Positions 58,464 to 64,000 of a stretch of DNA of 64,000 nt are shown one piece after another (the stretch's first letter is position 1; every line of letters starts with the position of its first letter). The DNA comes from Clostridia bacterium (lineage in GTDB: Bacteria > Bacillota > Clostridia > Monoglobales > Monoglobaceae). A model generated the notes under the pieces. The model saw nothing but the letters and a program-made list of their open reading frames with translations. It was not told where the DNA came from and did no database searches. A program made the translations under genes and the position numbers. The stretch spans positions 6,417 to 70,416 of the forward strand of contig JAZNBG010000035.1 in NCBI GenBank assembly GCA_045586925.1, read 5' to 3'.

Positions 58464-61082
58464 ATGGCAGAATTTACGCCAATGATGCGTCAGTATTTTG
58501 AAATAAAGGAGCAGTATAAGGACAGCATCCTTATGTACCGTCTCGGTGATTTTTACGAGATGTTTTTTGACGATGCTCTGACGGCGTCAAAGGTTCTTGA
58601 AATAACCCTTACCGGCAGAGATTGCGGTCAGGAGGAGCGTGCTCCTATGTGCGGTGTGCCTTTTCACTCGGTGGACAGCTATATTGCCAAGCTGGTTGAA
58701 AATGGTTATACCGTTGCCATTTGCGAACAGACTGAAGACCCAAGCACAGCAAAAGGTATTGTCAAGCGTGATGTTGTTCGTGTTATTACCCCCGGTACGA
58801 TTATGGATTCTGCAGCTTTAGATGAATCTAAGAATAATTATCTGGCAGCCGTGTATATTGAAGGACAGGGTGCAGGTATTTCATTCGTGGATATTACCAC
58901 GGGTGAAATATCGGTAAATGAGTTTGAGGGCGAGGACTTAGAAATTCAAATTCTTAATGAAATCAGCAGATTTTCACCTGCTGAAATTATTCTTAACCTT
59001 GAGGCGTATGAAAAAGAACAACTCCTTGGTATGATTGCCGAAAGATTCGGGTGCCCTATACGAAATTATTACAACTGGGCATTTGAACGAGATGCGGCAA
59101 AAAAGAGTGTTGCAGAAAAATTCGGCGAAGTACAGCAGGAACTGTTTGAAAAGGGTTTTGCTATATGCAGTCTTGGGGCACTTTTAATGTTCCTGGGAGA
59201 GACCCAGAAAACTGAACTTGCCAACCTGCGTGAAGTTCAGGTTATTGAATCTCAGGAATATATGGAGCTTGACCTTTACAGCATTCGTAACCTTGAACTT
59301 TTAGAGACTATGCGTGATAAAAAAGCAAAGGGTAGCCTTCTTGCGGTGCTTAACAAAACCAAGACATCAATGGGTGGAAGACTTTTAAGAAAATGGATTA
59401 CAATGCCCCTTGCCAATTGTGCAAAAATCCAAAACAGACATCGTGCGGTGGCAGAACTGGTTGCAAACCCCATTCTGCGTGAAGAGATTATCGAAGCGCT
59501 GAAGTCAATTCAGGATATTGAACGATTGATAGCTAAGGCGGCATATAAAACTGCCAACTGTCGTGATTTGCTTGCAATAGCAGATTCTCTTGAAAAGCTG
59601 CCGCAAATAAAAAATCTTTTGGGCAAATGCACATCAGGCGTCTTGCAGAGACTTTACGAGCAGATGGATGAGCTTGCAGATGTAAGAGATGTAATCCGTG
59701 ATGCGATTAATCCTGACCCACCGATTTCGTTGAGAGAGGGTAATCTTATCCGTGATGGTTTCAGTCACGAGGTTGACTCCAGACGTGAGCTTATGCAAAA
59801 TGGCGTAAGCTGGATAAAGAATTTTGCCGAGGAAGAAAAGGAAAAGACAGGAATTAAAAATATCAAAGTGGGGTACAACCGTGTCTTCGGCTATTATCTT
59901 GAAGTAAGCAAGCAAAGCACAGGGGATGTTCCTGAATATTTTGTAAGAAAGCAGACTCTTTCAAACTGCGAAAGATACATAACACCACAGATTAAAGAGG
60001 TTGAAGAAAAGATTGTCGAGGCAGAAAGCCAGATTGTCAATATGGAATATGAGATGTTCTGCAAGGTTCGTGACCTTGTGGCAGATCAGGTGGCAAGAAT
60101 TCAGCTTACGGCGCACGCTGTTGCCACAACCGATGTTTTGTGCTCTTTTGCCTTTGTTGCCGAGAAAAATCGGTACGTTATGCCTGATATGAATATTTCG
60201 GATAAAATTATAATTAAAGACGGCAGGCATCCTGTTGTTGAATCTTTGTCGGCTATGTTTATTCCCAACGACACTCAGCTTGATGGTGCAGACAGTCAGA
60301 TTGCAATTATTACAGGTCCTAACATGGCGGGCAAGTCAACCTATATGCGACAGACGGCGCTTATTGTTCTTATGGCGCAGCTGGGATCGTTTGTTCCTGC
60401 AAGCTCTGCGGAGATAGGGGTTGTAGATAAAATCTTCACTCGTGTCGGCGCATCAGATGATTTATCTGCAGGACAAAGTACATTTATGGTTGAAATGAGT
60501 GAGGTGGCATATATTCTTGACAATGCTACAAAGAAAAGTCTTGTAATATTTGATGAAATCGGCCGTGGAACAAGTACTTTTGATGGACTGGCAATTGCAT
60601 GGTCGGTGGTTGAATATATGGCAAACAAAAATAAATGCGGGGCAAAAACTCTGTTTGCAACTCATTATCACGAGCTTACCGAGCTTGAGGACAGGCTGGG
60701 TGGTGTAAAGAATTATTGCATTGCAGTTAAAAAGCATGGTGATGACATCACCTTCCTGAGAAAGATAATCCGTGGCGGTGCTGACGGCAGTTATGGTGTT
60801 GAGGTTGCGGCTTTGGCAGGGGTCAAAAAGGAAGTTACCAAACGCGCCAAGGAAATCCTTAAGGAACTTGAAATTCGTGACGGCAACGGCGCATCAAATG
60901 TTACGGTAAAAAATACTCAGAAGAAAAAAACTGAAGATACCAGCCTTGACCAACTGAGCTTGGGCGGATTTGAGGAAAACGAAATCGTTAGTGAAATCAA
61001 GAGCCTTACGCTTGATAATATGTCGCCTATGGAGGCACTGACAAAGCTTTATGCATTAAAGGCAAAAGCAGAAAATTTATAA
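58464..61082 (+). CDS. mutS: DNA mismatch repair protein MutS
   Basis: 872 aa; the mismatch-binding N-terminus contains GDFYEMFFDDA, whose Phe-x-Glu is the mismatch-contacting motif; Walker A GPNMAGKST. Confidence 0.97.
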   Translation: MAEFTPMMRQYFEIKEQYKDSILMYRLGDFYEMFFDDALTASKVLEITLTGRDCGQEERAPMCGVPFHSVDSYIAKLVENGYTVAICEQTEDPSTAKGIVKRDVVRVITPGTIMDSAALDESKNNYLAAVYIEGQGAGISFVDITTGEISVNEFEGEDLEIQILNEISRFSPAEIILNLEAYEKEQLLGMIAERFGCPIRNYYNWAFERDAAKKSVAEKFGEVQQELFEKGFAICSLGALLMFLGETQKTELANLREVQVIESQEYMELDLYSIRNLELLETMRDKKAKGSLLAVLNKTKTSMGGRLLRKWITMPLANCAKIQNRHRAVAELVANPILREEIIEALKSIQDIERLIAKAAYKTANCRDLLAIADSLEKLPQIKNLLGKCTSGVLQRLYEQMDELADVRDVIRDAINPDPPISLREGNLIRDGFSHEVDSRRELMQNGVSWIKNFAEEEKEKTGIKNIKVGYNRVFGYYLEVSKQSTGDVPEYFVRKQTLSNCERYITPQIKEVEEKIVEAESQIVNMEYEMFCKVRDLVADQVARIQLTAHAVATTDVLCSFAFVAEKNRYVMPDMNISDKIIIKDGRHPVVESLSAMFIPNDTQLDGADSQIAIITGPNMAGKSTYMRQTALIVLMAQLGSFVPASSAEIGVVDKIFTRVGASDDLSAGQSTFMVEMSEVAYILDNATKKSLVIFDEIGRGTSTFDGLAIAWSVVEYMANKNKCGAKTLFATHYHELTELEDRLGGVKNYCIAVKKHGDDITFLRKIIRGGADGSYGVEVAALAGVKKEVTKRAKEILKELEIRDGNGASNVTVKNTQKKKTEDTSLDQLSLGGFEENEIVSEIKSLTLDNMSPMEALTKLYALKAKAENL

Positions 61083-61126
61083 ACAATATACGGTGTACCG
61101 TGAATTAGTTAAAAGAGGAAAAAGTT

Positions 61127-63058
61127 ATGGCACAAATCAAAGTATTGTCGCAGGCTGTTGCTGACAAAATTGCTGCAGGCGAGGTTGCTGAAAGACCTTC
61201 GGCTGTGGTTAAGGAGCTTGTTGAAAACTCAATAGATGCAGGGGCTGACAGGATTACTGTTGAAATAAAAAAGGGCGGCATCACATACATATCCGTTGAG
61301 GATAATGGAAAGGGAATTCCATATGACGAGGTGGAATTTGCCTTTCTTCGTCACGCAACAAGCAAGCTGAGAGATATAGACGATTTGTTTGAGATACAGA
61401 CAATGGGATTTCGTGGCGAGGCACTGGCAAGTATTTGTGCGGTGTCGGATGTGACGGCAATCACTAAGGAAAAAGGTGCGGTAGAGGGTGCCCACGTGAC
61501 AGTAAACCACGGCAAAGCATCACAAAAGGAGACTGTGGCTTGCAATGAAGGTACAATTATGATAGTTGAAAACCTTTTTGCATCTGTGCCTGCCAGAATG
61601 AAATTTTTAAAGAAGGATTCTACCGAGTCGGGTTATGTGGCAGATGTGCTGAGCCGTATTGCTCTGTCAAAACCTGATATTGCTTTCAGATATATCTGTG
61701 ACGGAAAGGAACAGTTTTCAACTTCCGGTGACGGAAATCTTAAAAATGCAATTCTTAACATTTATGGCATAGACCACGCCAAAGGCGTGCTGGAGGTAGA
61801 ACATACCGAGCAAGGCGTAACGGTTTCGGGTATGGTCGGCAAGGCAGAGCTTGCTCGTGGCAATCGTTCTCGGCAAACCTTGTTTGTAAACGGCAGATAC
61901 ATTAAAAATCATGTTATTTCAAAGATTGTTGAGGAAGCCTATCGTAATGTTCTTATGACAGGGAAGTTCCCGTTTTTTGTGCTGAACATTAAGCTTGCAC
62001 CAAGCTTGGTTGATGTAAATGTTCATCCTGCAAAAACCGAGATTAAGTTTGCAAACGAAAAGGAAATATACGATATAGTTTATCACGGTGTTAAAAATGC
62101 TATATACCGACGCCCCGAAATTCCGGTAAAAGAGCCGGAAGCGGCAACGGAAAAGGTGATATATGAAGCAAAGCCGATTTCATCACCAACAGTAGTAAGC
62201 AAAGAACCGGAAAGGATTGACAGACAAACAGTTAGCGAATTTCTTAAAAACACAGTTCCAAGCAACTTGGGCAGAAGGTTTAATTCTCCAAGGCCTGAAA
62301 ATGTTTTTGAAAGCAAAAGTGAACAGTTGATTCAGGAAACTGCAAAGAGTGATATTGCAACATTCCCTGTTCTCGAAATGGAGGATATTCCGCATAAGAT
62401 AGATGTGGTTGTTCCGCAAAGCAATGAAAATACAGTACAATTGCCATTGTTTGAGGAAGGCAGTATTGATGCGGCCGAGCCTTCGGTGATTGTTGGTCAG
62501 GTTTTTGGGACTTATGTAATAGTGCAAAAGGGCGACAAGATGTTTTTGATAGACCAGCATGCCGCCCACGAGAGAAAGCGATTTGAGACCTTAAAAAAGG
62601 ACTACAGCGAACGTGGCGTTTCTGGTCAAATGCTGCTTGCACCCATTGTTATGGATGTGGACAACCGTGAGGTTCAGGTGGTTAAGGAAAATAAAGAAAC
62701 TCTTGAAAATATGGGATTTGACATTGAAGAATTTGGCCGAAATTCGGTAATTATCCGCCAGACCCCGCTTATTTCGGATGAGGAGGATATAAAAGACCTT
62801 GCAACAGAGGTAATATCCATATTAGGTGATGGCAGACCGTCGGGGCTTCTGAGCTTTGAAGAAAGGCTTCTTGACACCATATCCTGCAAATATGCCATTA
62901 AGGCAAATAAGAAACTCAGCACTCTTGAGATGGAGGTGCTTGTGCGGGACGTTGAGGAACTTGAAAATTCGGGTATTACAACCTGTCCTCATGGCAGACC
63001 TATCAGGATAGAGTTTACAAAGCGTGAAATTGAAAAAATGTTTAAGAGGATTGTTTAG
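61127..63058 (+). CDS. mutL: DNA mismatch repair protein MutL
   Basis: GHKL ATPase N-terminus (AVVKELVENSIDAGA) and a C-terminal dimerisation domain. Confidence 0.97.
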   Translation: MAQIKVLSQAVADKIAAGEVAERPSAVVKELVENSIDAGADRITVEIKKGGITYISVEDNGKGIPYDEVEFAFLRHATSKLRDIDDLFEIQTMGFRGEALASICAVSDVTAITKEKGAVEGAHVTVNHGKASQKETVACNEGTIMIVENLFASVPARMKFLKKDSTESGYVADVLSRIALSKPDIAFRYICDGKEQFSTSGDGNLKNAILNIYGIDHAKGVLEVEHTEQGVTVSGMVGKAELARGNRSRQTLFVNGRYIKNHVISKIVEEAYRNVLMTGKFPFFVLNIKLAPSLVDVNVHPAKTEIKFANEKEIYDIVYHGVKNAIYRRPEIPVKEPEAATEKVIYEAKPISSPTVVSKEPERIDRQTVSEFLKNTVPSNLGRRFNSPRPENVFESKSEQLIQETAKSDIATFPVLEMEDIPHKIDVVVPQSNENTVQLPLFEEGSIDAAEPSVIVGQVFGTYVIVQKGDKMFLIDQHAAHERKRFETLKKDYSERGVSGQMLLAPIVMDVDNREVQVVKENKETLENMGFDIEEFGRNSVIIRQTPLISDEEDIKDLATEVISILGDGRPSGLLSFEERLLDTISCKYAIKANKKLSTLEMEVLVRDVEELENSGITTCPHGRPIRIEFTKREIEKMFKRIV

Positions 63059-63061
63059 CTT

Positions 63062-63988
63062 ATGCTGAAAAAGATTATAGCAGTTGCAGGACCTACAGCC
63101 TCGGGCAAGACGTCTTTAGCGATAGAAATTGCCCGTAAATTTGACGGCGAGGTGGTTTCCTGTGATTCTATGCAGATTTACAGGTTTATGGATATTGGCA
63201 CGGCAAAGCCCGACAAGAGCGAGCAGGAGGCAGTGCGACATCATATGATTGATATATTGAACCCAACAGAGCGATGCAGTGTGGCAGACTTTGTGAGGTT
63301 GGCAAGAGAGTGTATTGATGATATTATCCGGCGAGGTAAATTGCCTATTCTTGCCGGTGGAACAGGTCTTTATATGGACAGCGTGCTTGAAAATATTGTG
63401 TTTGAGGATTTTGGCAGTGACCCGAAGTTCCGTGCCGAAATGCAGCAATTGGCAGATACAGAGGGTGTGGATGTGCTCCACAGCATACTTGCCAAAAGAG
63501 ATCCTGAAGCGGCAGAAAAAATTCATCCCAATAATGTAAGACGTGTTATTCGTGCATTGGAGGTGTGCCATCTTACAGGCAAAACCTTTACACAGGTAAA
63601 TCTTGAGTCAAGGCGGGAGCCTGTGTATGATGCATTGATACTGGGAATTGATGCCGATCGTGAAATTCTTTATGAAAGAATAAATATGCGTGTTGACAAA
63701 ATGATGGATGGTGGCTTGCTTGAAGAGGTTCGTACTCTCTGTGATATGGGGATAGACCGTGATACAACCGCTATGCAGGCAATCGGCTATAAGGAAATTC
63801 TGGAGTTTTTAGAGGGGAATGTCACCATTGATGAGGCGGTAGAAAAAATCAAAATGGAAAGCCGCCGATATGCAAAAAGACAGATGACCTGGTTCAGACG
63901 CAACGACAAAATACAATGGATCAGCGCCGAGTCACCAGAATATGTGGCGATTGTTACAGAGAAATGCAAAGAGTTTTTACAAATCTAG
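63062..63988 (+). CDS. miaA: tRNA dimethylallyltransferase
   Basis: P-loop GPTASGKT and the MiaA body; follows mutL as in many Firmicutes. Confidence 0.95.
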   Translation: MLKKIIAVAGPTASGKTSLAIEIARKFDGEVVSCDSMQIYRFMDIGTAKPDKSEQEAVRHHMIDILNPTERCSVADFVRLARECIDDIIRRGKLPILAGGTGLYMDSVLENIVFEDFGSDPKFRAEMQQLADTEGVDVLHSILAKRDPEAAEKIHPNNVRRVIRALEVCHLTGKTFTQVNLESRREPVYDALILGIDADREILYERINMRVDKMMDGGLLEEVRTLCDMGIDRDTTAMQAIGYKEILEFLEGNVTIDEAVEKIKMESRRYAKRQMTWFRRNDKIQWISAESPEYVAIVTEKCKEFLQI

Positions 63989-64000
63989 CGAAATGGAGCT

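Noticed and set aside
1-64000. Scanned for CRISPR arrays, rRNA and tRNA genes
   Set aside because: No regularly spaced short direct repeats with unique spacers were found, and no tRNA cloverleaf or rRNA-like segments were recognised. The only repeat families are those reported in the findings.

Overview
Clostridia-type (low-GC, spore-forming Firmicutes) chromosomal window. Ordinary backbone on both flanks: metK, recR, rlmD, spoIIP, a lone fumarase class I alpha subunit, trmFO, an SLH-domain S-layer gene, malQ and spoVAC on the left; spoVAEB, miaB, a ymcA-like gene, mutS, mutL and miaA on the right. The main feature is that spoVAD is split into a 5' part (18519-19166) and a 3' part (55697-56104) by a ~36.6-kb inserted element (19140-55712). 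A large serine recombinase gene (53898-55580) sits at the right end. A 4-bp core CCTG is duplicated at both junctions, and the joined phage-side half-sites form an imperfect palindrome with perfect 9-bp outer arms. Removing the element restores an in-frame 337-aa SpoVAD. This is the architecture of the skin/SPbeta-type intervening elements of sporulation genes, here in a forespore-expressed gene. The element has no phage structural or conjugation genes. Its cargo is: (i) a repeat-flanked defense cassette (DUF234-type ATPase, a BcgI-like type IIB R-M system with an S subunit, and a 4-TM plus soluble gene pair) next to a small serine resolvase; (ii) two tyrosine recombinases; (iii) a reduced T7SSb-like secretion locus; (iv) a block of zinc-ribbon, beta-lactamase-like and YidD-like membrane proteins. 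The T7SSb-like locus has an FHA-domain EssC, EsaB/YukD, three WXG100 proteins, a candidate membrane-active effector and a DUF4176-like protein. It lacks EsaA, EssA and EssB. Instead it is joined to a PP2C phosphatase and two tandem membrane Hanks-type Ser/Thr kinases with intact catalytic motifs, which suggests a phospho-regulated secretion system. Several repeat-rich noncoding regions inside the element are also noted. No CRISPR array, rRNA or tRNA was seen.
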